A stretch of DNA of 64,000 bases, from assembly GCA_965112735.1 (NCBI GenBank), contig OZ218950.1, positions 1,736,001-1,800,000 of the forward strand, in the 5' to 3' direction. The notes beneath the pieces were generated by a model. It searched no databases and was not told the DNA's origin. It saw only the letters and a program-made list of their open reading frames with translations. The first letter of the stretch is position 1; every line of letters starts with the position of its first letter. Of this stretch, positions 37,640 to 48,015 are shown piece after piece. A program made the translations under genes and the position numbers. This DNA comes from Phaeosaccion multiseriatum (lineage: Eukaryota; Protista; Ochrophyta, other classes).

Positions 37640-38113
37640 GAGGGGCTCCTCCCGCCAACGCCCGTCTGCGTGGGTGAGAGTACGCGTCCAGCGAAACGGA
37701 CGAAGGTTGTGGAGGAAGCGGGACCGGGGTCTGCCAGCAGCCCACCCCCCGGGGGACAGGGACGGGGAGGCTCCTCCCGCCAACGCCCGCCTGGTTCCCT
37801 GGATGAGAATAGGCCTCGCGCTGGAGGCCTATTCACATCCAGAGCACCAGGGAGGAGTTGACGGGAGGAGCCCCCCCGGTCCCTGTCCCCCGGGGGGTGG
37901 GCTGCTGACAGACCCGAGTTCCTCTTCCTCCACAACCCTCCTTTGCTTCGCTGGACGGGTACTCTCACCCAGGGAACAGACGGGCGTTGACGGGAGGAGC
38001 CTCCCCGTCCCTGTCCCCCGGGGGGTGGGCTGCTGACAGACCCCGGTCCCGCTTCATCCACAGCCCTCCTTTAAAGGAGGGTGGTAGAGGAAGAGGAACT
38101 CGGGTCTGTCAGC
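37640..38113. repeat. Nested inverted repeats of a ~125-bp unit (centres ~37820 and 38072/38073)
   Basis: Centres AGGCCTC-gcgctg-GAGGCCT and CCCTCCTTT|AAAGGAGGG. The unit GGCTCCTCCCG(C/T)CAACGCCCG...CAGCCCACCCCCCGGGGGACAGGGAC occurs in both orientations. Confidence 0.9.
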
Positions 38114-38348
38114 CGCAGCATCGCAGAAACGCAGCGGGACGCTGACCCGGCCCTGCTGCGAGGCAAGAATCATTCCGTGGTCCCCTTCCCAGGAGATGGG
38201 ACTCTCATCGTCATGGGCTTATGCCCTTCTGCCCAGTGTAACAAGGAGTCTGCGACGGAGGTGGATATGATGAAGAACCTCAAAGGAACGTTTAAGGGTG
38301 TTTCCTGGATAGATCTCCGTGTTTGGAGCGCCTCCGACAACAACAGCA

Positions 38349-39660
38349 GCATCGACCAGCGGGTCATTGCAACCTTTTCCCCGGGACGATGAGATGGTGG
38401 GCGATTGGCATCGTCGCTTGCAGGAGCAGCTTCGCACTCCCCGCAACCTCGCTGGACTGCCTGTCGTCTACTTTGCAGGGGCAACATGTCAGGCGGCTTT
38501 CGGAAAGATGAACGACAGGGGCCTTGTCTCGCTCGACACAGAGATCAACTCAGCGTTCGGCGTTGCTTGGGGTGTGGAAACTTGCCACAGGGGAGGCCTT
38601 CGTCGCCGTTCAGCGCCCCCACCCGAATTGGCATCTCGTCTCGGGTAGGAAGAAGCTCGCCGTCGACCTGTTCAAGGAGACCATGGCTATCTTGTGCGCC
38701 GCAAGCAGCATCTCCACGGCGCAAACGGCCAATACGGAGTTTGAAGCGGCGTCAAAGGAGTGCCGTCCTGCGAGCGAAGAGGCCTTGCGTCGGAGGAAGG
38801 TGGCACAGAACTGGCTGAAGATCCATTCCCTCAGCTCATGACGAGGAGGAGGAGGCCGGTATCCATGCTCGTGTCCATTGAATCCTCCCCCTCCTCCACC
38901 CCCTCAACATATAGAGGCCGTCCACCCCCCCCCCCTCTTTCTCGCGAGCTGCTCTGCCACTTCCTTCCTCTTCGCACTGACATCAGCGAAGAGGAAGGAA
39001 TCTGCTACATATACAGCAGATTCCTTCCTCTTCGCTGATGTCAGTGCGAAGAGGAAGGAAGTGGCAGAGCAGCTCGCGAGAAAGGGGTGGGGGGGGTGGA
39101 CGGCCTCTATATGTTGAGGGGGTGGAGGAGGGGGAGGATTCAATGGACACGAGCATGGATACCGGCCTCCTCCTCCTCGTCATGAGCTGAGATCTTCAGC
39201 CAGTTCTGTGCCACTTTCCTCCGACGCAAGGCCACTTCGCTCGCAGGACGGCACTCCTTTGACGCCGCTTCAAACTCCGTATTGGCCGTTTGCGCCGTGG
39301 AGATGCTGCTTACGGCGCACAAGATAGCCATGGTCTCCTTGAACAGGTCGACGGCGAGCTTCTTCCTACCCGAGACGAGATGCCAACTCGCGTGTGGGCG
39401 CTGAACGGCGACGAAGGCCTCCCCTGTGCAAAGTGTCCACACCCCAACGCCGAACGCTGAGTTGATCTCTGTGTCGAGCGAGACAAGGCCCATTTCCTTC
39501 ATCTTTCCGGAAGCCGCCTGGCATGTTGCCCCTGCAAAGTAGACGACAGGCAGTCCAGCGAGGTTGCGGGGAGTGCGAAGCTGCTCCTGCAAGCGACGAT
39601 GCCAATCGCCCACCATCTCATCGTCCCGGGCAAAGGTTGCAATGACCCGCTGGTCGATGC
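38349..39660. repeat. Large diverged palindrome, arms ~650 bp, 8-nt loop at 39007-39014
   Basis: GCATCGACCAGCGGGTC...GGAATCTGCT-acatatac-AGCAGATTCC...GACCCGCTGGTCGATGC. The arms differ by substitutions and 1-, 4- and 7-nt indels. Confidence 0.95.
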
Positions 39661-40425
39661 CTTGCTCGTTCTTGAAAAGCATCGCAGGACTTTCGGGGAC
39701 AAGAGGCTCCAAAAGATTCTCGTCAGTTCTCTCAGGACGAGTCTGACGCTATGCATCGTCCATGTGCTCACTCGAGTAATGGCGAAGTGCGCTGGGAGGG
39801 GCTGGCTTTGCCAAGTGGTTGTCGGGCAGCATCGCTTGTCGACAAGCAATGCTAGCACAGCTGAGGAGCCTGACAAAGCCATCGTCCCCCAGCGTACTTC
39901 GCCATGAATCGAGCTGCTGCGTGAACCCTGTGTCTCCCAGAGTCACACATGTCACACCTGTCTGGGAGACCCAGGGTTCACGCAGCAGCTCGACTCATGG
40001 CGAAGTGCGCTGGGAGACGATGACGTCCTCGATCATCAACCACGGAACTCAAGTCGGACAGTGCCTCCTAGAGAGGTAGTGGAGGAGGTTGGACTCGGAG
40101 ATGCTGGGGGGTAAGAAAAATGGTTCCATCGGGCTTTCGATGGTCGTCGCGGTCGCGTTTTTCGCCGCCCAATCTTGTGGGGGAAGCAAGAGGAATGTGG
40201 GCAACGGCACTCCTGCGTCGAACCCTTGTCGTGTTTGAGAATATGTGTACGAGGAGCTCCGCCACTGCTGCCTTCCTTCCTTCCTTCCTTCCTTCCTTCC
40301 TTCCTTCCTTCCTTCCTTCCTTCCTTCCTTGCTTGCTTCCGCCCTCCCCTTACGGGGCGCAAATAAGGAACAAAAAGTAGCCGGTACATCACTTACTATT
40401 TCATTTGCTGCCGTACCAACAACTG

Positions 40426-43358
40426 CTATTGCTGCTGCCCCTGGCCCTGCTGCATGGAGAGATAGGCTCCTCGCAACTCTGCCTGTACGCGCTTCAGCTC
40501 CATGTCCCTCTCCCACAACGCCTCAGAGCAGCAGCCGCACCCCCCAACCCCGTCCATTCTTCTCCTACTTCCACTCCCAGAACAGACATCGTCCTCTTCG
40601 GTTTCCGAATCCTCATGGCCACCGTGGTGCTCGTGGTGCTTGCTCTGGCGCTTGCCGGAACCCTGCTCGCGGTGGTAGGACCGCCTATTGTGGCGGCCCG
40701 GGGATGCACCACCACCACCACCACCACCACCAGGAGGAGGAGTCCTTGCCCTCTTCTTCGGCCAGTTCCGACGGCGGCGCTGTCCTGCACTCTCACCACC
40801 ACCACCACCACCACCACCCGGCGTCGAGTTGATCTTTCCCCGACCTCCTTCTCCTCCAGCTGTATCACCAACTGCTACTGCTGCTGCTGCTGCTGCCGAT
40901 CCTCCAGCCCTCTTGACACGTCTCGTTCCTCCTCGTGGCCGCAGAGGAGGAGGGGGAGTCTCGCAACAAGATGCCGGGAGGAGCGACTCCGATTCTGATT
41001 CCGATTCCAACTCCGGCTTCGGCTTCGGGTCCGGTGCTGATACTAACCCCCTCCGACCGACACGTTCGCGTCCTCGCCCAATCATAAGGCCACCATCGCT
41101 GCTTCTCGTAGTCGTGCCCGCCCCCCCCCCCGGAGGCAGTAGCCGTCGATGATGATGATGGTGATGATGATGGTTGAGCTGCTGTTGATTCCCATGAAGA
41201 GTCCTCCCCTGCTGCTTTATCACCAACTGCTGCTGCTTGTGCTGTAGCTGCAGGCGGTCCATCGCCTTCATCACGTTGGCCAGCTCCGCCTCCGCCTCCG
41301 CCCTCGCACCCCTCTCCTCGCCCACCAGACGCATGAGTCCCGCCTCCTTCCTGGCATACTTCAAAGCCATTTCCTGTAACCGCTGGTGGCTCCTCTCTGC
41401 CGCCCTGCGGATTTCCGAGTCGAAGTCTGCCTGCAGGGCCGCCTTGATATCCCTCAGTCGTGTGTTCCATTCCTCTTTGCGGCGGGCGTGGTCGCTGCGC
41501 TCAGAGGCCAAGGTTAGTGTCAGCGCCCTCGTTCGCTTGGCAATCTCCTTGTTGGTTTGCGCCCTCTCTGCCTCGAGCCTGCTCACACAAGCAGACTATA
41601 TGGTGTAGTGTGGTGTGGTGTGGTGTGGTGTGGTGTGGTGTGGTGTGGTGTGGTGTGGTGTGGTGTGGTGTGGTGTGGTGTGGTGTGGTGTGGTGTGGTG
41701 TGGTGTGGTGTGGTGTAGTGTGGTGTGGTGTGGTGTGGTGTGGTGTGGTGTGGTGTGGTGTGGTGTAGTTTGGTGTGGTGTGGTGTGGTGTGGTGTAGTT
41801 TGGTGTGGTGTAGTGTGGTGTAGTGTGGTGTGGTGTGGTGTGGTGTGGTGTGGTGTGGTGTGGTGTAGTGTGGTGTGGTGTGGTGTGATGTGGTGTGATG
41901 TAATGTGATGTGGTGTGGTGTGGTGTGGTGCGGTGTGGTATGGTGGGGAAGGGGAAGTGGGGATGGTGGGTAGGGTAGTAGGGGAACCGAACGAAAAATG
42001 ATGTGTAAGAGAGACGAGTTGACGAAGAAGAGGGGAAGGGAGGGGGGGAGGAAAAGGAGATGGCACTAGAAGAAAAGGGGTGAAATAGGGACATGTATGC
42101 ATGCACGGATGAAGGAGCTTACCCATCCACATACCCCATGACCTCGATTAAGTCAACAAGTCGAGAAAGTTCACAAGAGAGCAGCCTTGGACCCTTTGAC
42201 CTTGACCTCACTCACCTTGTCCGCGAGGGCTGCCCTGAGCTTCGCGCACGTGACCTGCTCCTTCCACTGACTGAGCTCCAGCTCCATCCGCACCTGCTTA
42301 GACAATACCACCGTTCCATAAACACAAGAAGCACAACGCCGTTCCACGATTGAAACTCAGTTGGACCCTCGCTCTCCCTCACAAAATGAAGACTCAAACT
42401 GTCCAGCTCCAAAGCCAGCAACCACCTCCCTCAATCCCTCCGCCGCACCTGCTTCATCTCGCGTCGGAGTCCTTCCATCTTGCCCTCCTGCCAGGCGCGG
42501 GCCGTCCTCTGGAGGAGCTCTGCGGCAGCCGTCTCCTCGGCACTGTACAGCGGACTTGAGGCTGAAGACGACGACGACGTGCCGGCAGGGGAAGGAGAAG
42601 GGGAAGCAGAATGGGCCGCTCTGTTGTCATGGTTGCTGCTGCTTCTTCCCCGCTCTCTCCTCTCCCTTCTCGCTCTGACTTTGTGCGCAGCCACGTCCGC
42701 AGCAAGGGCCAGCGACGTTCGTGCGATGGATGATCCTTCCTCCCGCTGTGCCTCTCTCCCTCCTTCTCCTGATGCTGCTGCTACTATTACTACTGATGCT
42801 TCTTCTGCTGCTGCCGATTCTGCCTCTGCTGCGTTGGCGACGACTAGCATCTCCCGTAGACTAGGGGGCCTCCCCACCTGCCCTTCAGCATCCCCATCTC
42901 CTTCGCCCTCCTCCGTCTCCCGCCGTTGAGGACTCTGAGGACCATCCATGGTTCCGCTGCTTCTCTCCTCCTGCCCACCCTCTCTCCGTTCTGCTCCTTC
43001 CCGGGTGGAGAAGCGACTGCTTCCATTGAGGCTGTCCTGCTCCATAATCGACTCGTGCCTAGCGTCCTCCTCGCTTTCCTCCCCCTCCTCCTTGCCCTCA
43101 TCCTTGCCCTCCTCCTCCCCCCCCCCCTTCTCCTTCGCCTCCTCTCCTCTACTGCTTTCCTTTGTCGTCTCGCCTACTGCCCCCCTGGATCCTTCCTCTT
43201 CGTCCTCCTCGTGCTCCTCCGAAGACGACTGCGCATCACCAACTCCCCGCCCCTTACGGCTTGGACTCTTAAGCCGCTGCCGCCGTCGAGAAGAAGCGGC
43301 ATGAGGCGATGATGATGATGATGGTACCACCGACACTTCTTGCCTCTCCTCTCTGTTG

Positions 43359-43410
<52 letters not shown>

Positions 43411-44171
43411 GTGTGGCAAAGCCTCCAATAAGACCGGAGGGTGACTTCGACTTTACCGAAGGAGTCACTGACACTGACACTGACGGTCGCTCCAGCTCCT
43501 CCAATAGCCCCGTGGTGCTGAGGGTGTCCAGCCCGAGCTGCTTTCTCTTGGCCATCTTCTCGCGAATCCGCCTCGTGAAGGTCGTCCCAAACTCGCCATC
43601 GTCAAAGGGGCTTCCCGGCGGGCTCCTCCTCCTGTCTCCAACTCCACTCCCACCCTTGTTGGGCTGCCGCGACTCCTCCCTGCCTACGAAGGCCAGCAGT
43701 TGAGCCAAGTTGACGCTACTTCCCGCCTGAAGCCCTCCCCAAAGCACATCTGCCTCTCGACTCGATAGGTCGAAGGCGAACCCGTCCAGGCCTGTCCAAG
43801 GGGGGTCGAGGAGGAGAAGGAGGAGGAGGAGAGGAGGAGGAGGAGGAGGAGGAGGAGGAGGAGGAGGAGGAGGAGAAGGAGGAGGAGGGGAGGAGGAGAA
43901 GGAGGAGGAGTAAGGGGAGGTGAAGGGAGACGTTCAGAGGAACTGTACCTACCCTCTGCGCACCAAAAAAAAGTTGGGAAGAGACAGATAGAGAGAGAGA
44001 GAGAGAACAGTCTTGTGACTTACCTCTGTGCAACTGCTGCTTGCTAACTTCTTGTTTGTTGTCTGCGTCAATTTGGCCCCACAAGTCCTTCTCTGTGACT
44101 CCCAGCTCCGCCCCTTCCGTGAAGAGATCCATCAGCCCCTCCCGGAGGGTGTCCAAGCCTCTTTCTTCCAT
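40426..44171 (-). CDS. Hypothetical protein with an N-terminal EF-hand-like pair and a C-terminal coiled coil; exons 44171-44024, 43791-42449, 42293-42216, 41595-40426
   Basis: LWGQIDADNKQEVSKQQLHR|GLDGFAFDLSSREADVLW is EF-like. Heptad-rich E/R/A segments. All junctions are GT-AG and in frame. Start codon uncertain. Confidence 0.7.
41600..41945. repeat. (GTGTG)n intronic pentanucleotide microsatellite
   Basis: Read directly. Confidence 0.95.
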
Positions 44172-44391
44172 CAGAGACACGCCCCCCTCCACCCCACCTT
44201 CGGCTCCCTGCGCTTCCGATGGATTTTCCTGGTCGTGTAGGAAGTCGCCCCTTGCAAAGAAGGAGAGGGAAGAAGCAAAAACACGGTGCAAAGCGTACTG
44301 GACGGAGATACGGATTGTTCATGGCGTTACTATTAGGCGCCGATGACACGTTGAATCACATGTTCGAGAGAGAGAGAGACATAACAGCGAG

Positions 44392-45401
44392 ATGTCGCAA
44401 TACACGAGTACAGAGAAGGAAAGAAGGCCTCCCATTGAAATAGGGGAGGATGACGGCTACGATACAGCCCACTTCTCCATCCCCCAGCAGTACGAAGGCA
44501 CACTGATGAGCGTCATGCTGCCACACGGCCTGGTGCTTGACAGGGTCGACAAGTTGGCGCGTGACATCAGACATGGTACGAGGGATGTCGTTCAGACAGA
44601 AGGGGGGTGGGGTAGAAGCGCTCTTTCTCTCGAGCTCTCCAACCACGCCTTATTATTCCCGCCTCCTCCCCTCCCCTACGAGAGAAGACTACGGAGAGAA
44701 GACTATACACCTGCTGTGCGTGCTCAAGGGGGGTAGCGCCTTCTTCGAAGACCTCAAGAACGCTCTGCGAAGGTCAGTGTAGTACAGGAGGAGTAGAAGG
44801 AGGTTAAGCAATCCTCCTCAGAAGAGGAGAAGGAAGCCACAGTGAGCCACAGCCGGTCATTGCAGGAGGAGTTGAAGGAGGCTTAAAATCATCCCCTTAG
44901 GAGTAGCTGAGGAGTGGAAGGAAGCTAAGCAATCCCATTCAAAGGAGTAGTCTCTGGCTACTGTCGGCGGTGTTTGGGTGGGGGTTAATGTGGGCCATCT
45001 CCCCCCTCCCGCTCACCAAGGGGGCTTACGAAACGCCATCTCCACCCCTCGCTCACCCTCTACTCACATTGTTTTTTAACGTCCCCACACATGTGTGCCG
45101 TGTCTGTCTGTTGTTTGTTACCTCCTCCTTCTCCCCTCTCCCCACCCCGTCTCCCCCTCCCTCCCTACCCACCAACCCCTCCTCACAACCCGTGCACAGG
45201 ATCCACGAGTGCTCCGACGGCAATTTCATCCCCATCACCTTCGACTTTGTCCGTGTCAAAAGCTATGAGGTGAGTCCCTTTTTGAGCTCAGTCTCGACCT
45301 AAAGGGGGGAGCCTTTTTCCGCCTTGACGTTTGTCGTAAAGGGGTGTGGGGCTGTCGGTGGGTCTGCGTTCCTGCGTGTGCGTGCGTGCGTGCGTGCGTG
45401 C

Positions 45402-45438
<37 letters not shown>

Positions 45439-46534
45439 CGTGTGTGTGTGCGCACTTCACTTTCGCCCTCATATTGTAGCCTGTTACAAACGCCTGAAAC
45501 GCCACCGTCGAAATAACGTACTCTCATTCCTCACACCTCAACACACCCCAACCTTCCAACACAACACACACGCGCACATCTCCCTTCCTCCTTCCCTCCC
45601 TCACTCACTGCTCAATCATCCACTCAATCCCTCCTCCCCTCCGCAGGGCACGGAGTCCACTGGCAAAGTGACCATCAAGGGCATCGACGTCGCCTCCCTC
45701 GCCGGCAGGTTAGGTGTATTTCGATGGTTCACTTACCTCTGAGAGCAGCTGTGAGGCACCGAGGTAACCCCCCCCCTCACTACATCATTCACTGACTTGC
45801 TACACACACACACACACATACATATACACACAAAGGCATGTACTCGTCGTTGAGGACATCGTGGACACAGGGAAGACCATGCAGGCCCTGCTGCCGGTGT
45901 TAGAGAAGGACGGACATGTCAAGAGCGTCAAGGTCACCAGTCTGCTCGAGAAGCGTACAGAGAGGAGGTGAGTGGGGGGGCAGGGAGGGGAGGGAGGGGG
46001 GGTTGCTCTTGTTGTTATGGTTAGTGTAGGGGGTGTATCTTACTTAGTTGCCTTGGGTTCATTCAATCGTCAGTCCACGTCTCTCTCTGTCTTCTTTGAG
46101 GAGGGAAGGTGGGTTCAAGTAGGAAGCTGAACAATGCTAGTTTCTGATCCCTGTCTCCAACTTGAGTCGTGAAAGTCACACCCCCTCCCCTCTCGTCTTC
46201 TCCCCCATCCACTGCCTTCCCTTTCCCTCAGCTGCGGCTACAAGGCGGACTATGTGGGCTTTACCATCCCTGATCACTTCGTGGTGGGCTATTGCCTCGA
46301 CTATGACGAGGCATACAGGTACAGTTGCAGTTGCAGTTGCACTTTCGGTGCCTGTACGTGTATATTTCAATCTCAACGAACGTTTATGTGCACACACGCA
46401 CACACACACATCACAGGGACTTGAGGCACATTTGTGTCATCAACGAGCAGGGCATTGAAAAGTTTCGCCACTATGAACACGAGGCTGCAAAAGGGGCAGC
46501 AGCCGCAGCAGAAGGAGGCTGCGGCTCCTGCTAA
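44392..46534 (+). CDS. HPRT: Hypoxanthine-guanine phosphoribosyltransferase; exons 44392-44575, 44688-44772, 45200-45269, 45647-45708, 45836-45967, 46232-46318, 46417-46534
   Basis: Motifs [27 protein letters not shown], the PRPP-binding [30 protein letters not shown] and RDLRHICVI. Confidence 0.97.
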
Positions 46535-48015
46535 GCTAAGCTAAGCTAAGCTAATCCACGCACGGCTGGGCAGACCTTGTGCTTCCGCGTGCGAGGAGGG
46601 AGACTCGGCCTCTTGACCAGACAGACGACAAGCGAGCGTTCCTTTCGGAGAGTCGTTGTGGGGAGTTGGAGGGACGGACCGATGTCCACGGCCGACCTTT
46701 CGATGGAGAGTTCACACGGAGATGAGGGAGGGGCGTTGTGTTTCCGCTTCTGTATGGACCAGGACCATGCATAGAGACCATGAGGGAGGGGCTTGCCTTG
46801 AAGGGCGACGGAGAGAGCGGGACTGGCAACGGAGCAGCAAGGAGAGAGGGAGGGACGCTGATGTTGGTTGTGGTCCTGTGAGCATGCAGCACTGGGCAGG
46901 AGCAGAGAGAGAAGAGAAGGGAAGAGACGAGCCCCCAGAAGACGGATCGTCCTTATGTTGCCATCCCAACCAGGAGAAGGTGGTTCTGTGCGTGGTTGAC
47001 CTGGTACCTACCTGTGGGTGTCAGGACTGAGACAGGCGATGGCAGTGGATGGCGGAGGGACATACATGCGGCCCCGTATAGTTTCATTCCTAGACAGGGC
47101 TGTGGAGGCTCGGACGGATACCCCAAGTCAAGGAAGGAGGGGGGATACCCAAGTCAAGGAAGGAGCTCCTTTTCGGGGCCGCTGGACACTAAGTACAGGA
47201 AGGCAGGCCTTGGCTTGGGTGAGGTGTGGACTGTAGGCGCTACAAGAGAGAGAGGAGGGGGTGCGTGTGAGGAGAAGGGGGGTGGGTGGGTGCCCGCGAG
47301 GGACCTACCTGCTACCTGCTGGAGGCCATGGAAAGTGCCGAGGGTTGCCTCAGAGAGAGCTGGAGGGAGTCTAAGACGCGGCCTTCCACTCATTCCGAGG
47401 CATATCGTGTATAGAGAAAGAGAGAAAGAGAGAGAGTATTTGGACAGAAGACGCGGTGAAAGACGTAGCAAAGAAATGATTGGACTATTTCTGCTCACAG
47501 TAAGGAATCCATTGGTGAATGATATGTAGATATTGAAGTGTTTACCAGTTGCCCTCTGTTGTGTGTCATGTGTGTCAAGTGTTTACCAGTTGCCCTCTGT
47601 TGTGTGTCAAGTGAGTGCTGGCGTTGAGTTTGCTCGGTTGTGCTCGCTGAGCCGAGTCCAAGGGCGGGTGTAGCCCCACACAAGTCGGCCCAGGGAACGC
47701 CGACTTGGTCACCAGCCCAGGCCCCCAGAAGCCTGCCTGCCTGCACCTGAAAAGCAGCGGAGGAGCAACTGGGTACAGTAGGCGTGGGTCAGAGCTCACT
47801 CACTCACTGCGCAAAGCACCTCCACCTCCTCCCCATCCACTGCCATCCTCTCCCTCCCCCCCCCTCCCCCCTCCCATCCACTGCCACCCATCCTCCCACT
47901 CCTCACCATCGTCATGAAGTCCGTCCCTACTAAGGAGGCGCGGGCAAAGGCGGGAGGGACGGACGGAGACGCTCCAGCCAGCTCCAGCTCCTTCTCTCCC
48001 TTTCTCTTCCCCTCT

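Larger units (their letters stand above)
37369..40035 (+). pseudogene. Rearranged, frameshifted gene: N-terminal repeats, UDG-superfamily-like domain, ~33-aa repeats
   Basis: ATG 37369 exon ending AAG|GTGAGT followed by a (CACT)n intron. Motifs LIVMGLCPS, VSWIDL, PVVYFAGATC and RPHPNWHL. Frameshifts at ~38378 and ~38565. Repeat fragments LxxWRSALGDDGFxxxLS(G/A)SIACR at 39670-40030. Confidence 0.6.

Noticed and set aside
46531-46555. (CTAAG)n directly at the HPRT stop codon
   Set aside because: Short microsatellite seeded on the stop; no evidence of function, and not a telomeric repeat I recognise.
47115-47612. Short tandem duplications (GGATACCCAAGTCAAGGAAGGAG twice; AAGTGTTTACCAGTTGCCCTCTGTTGTGTGTCA twice); similar ones at 7440-7575, 18918-18995, 29612-29775 and 44786-44950
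   Set aside because: Ordinary local slippage duplications in intergenic or intronic DNA, with no spacer structure or element termini.
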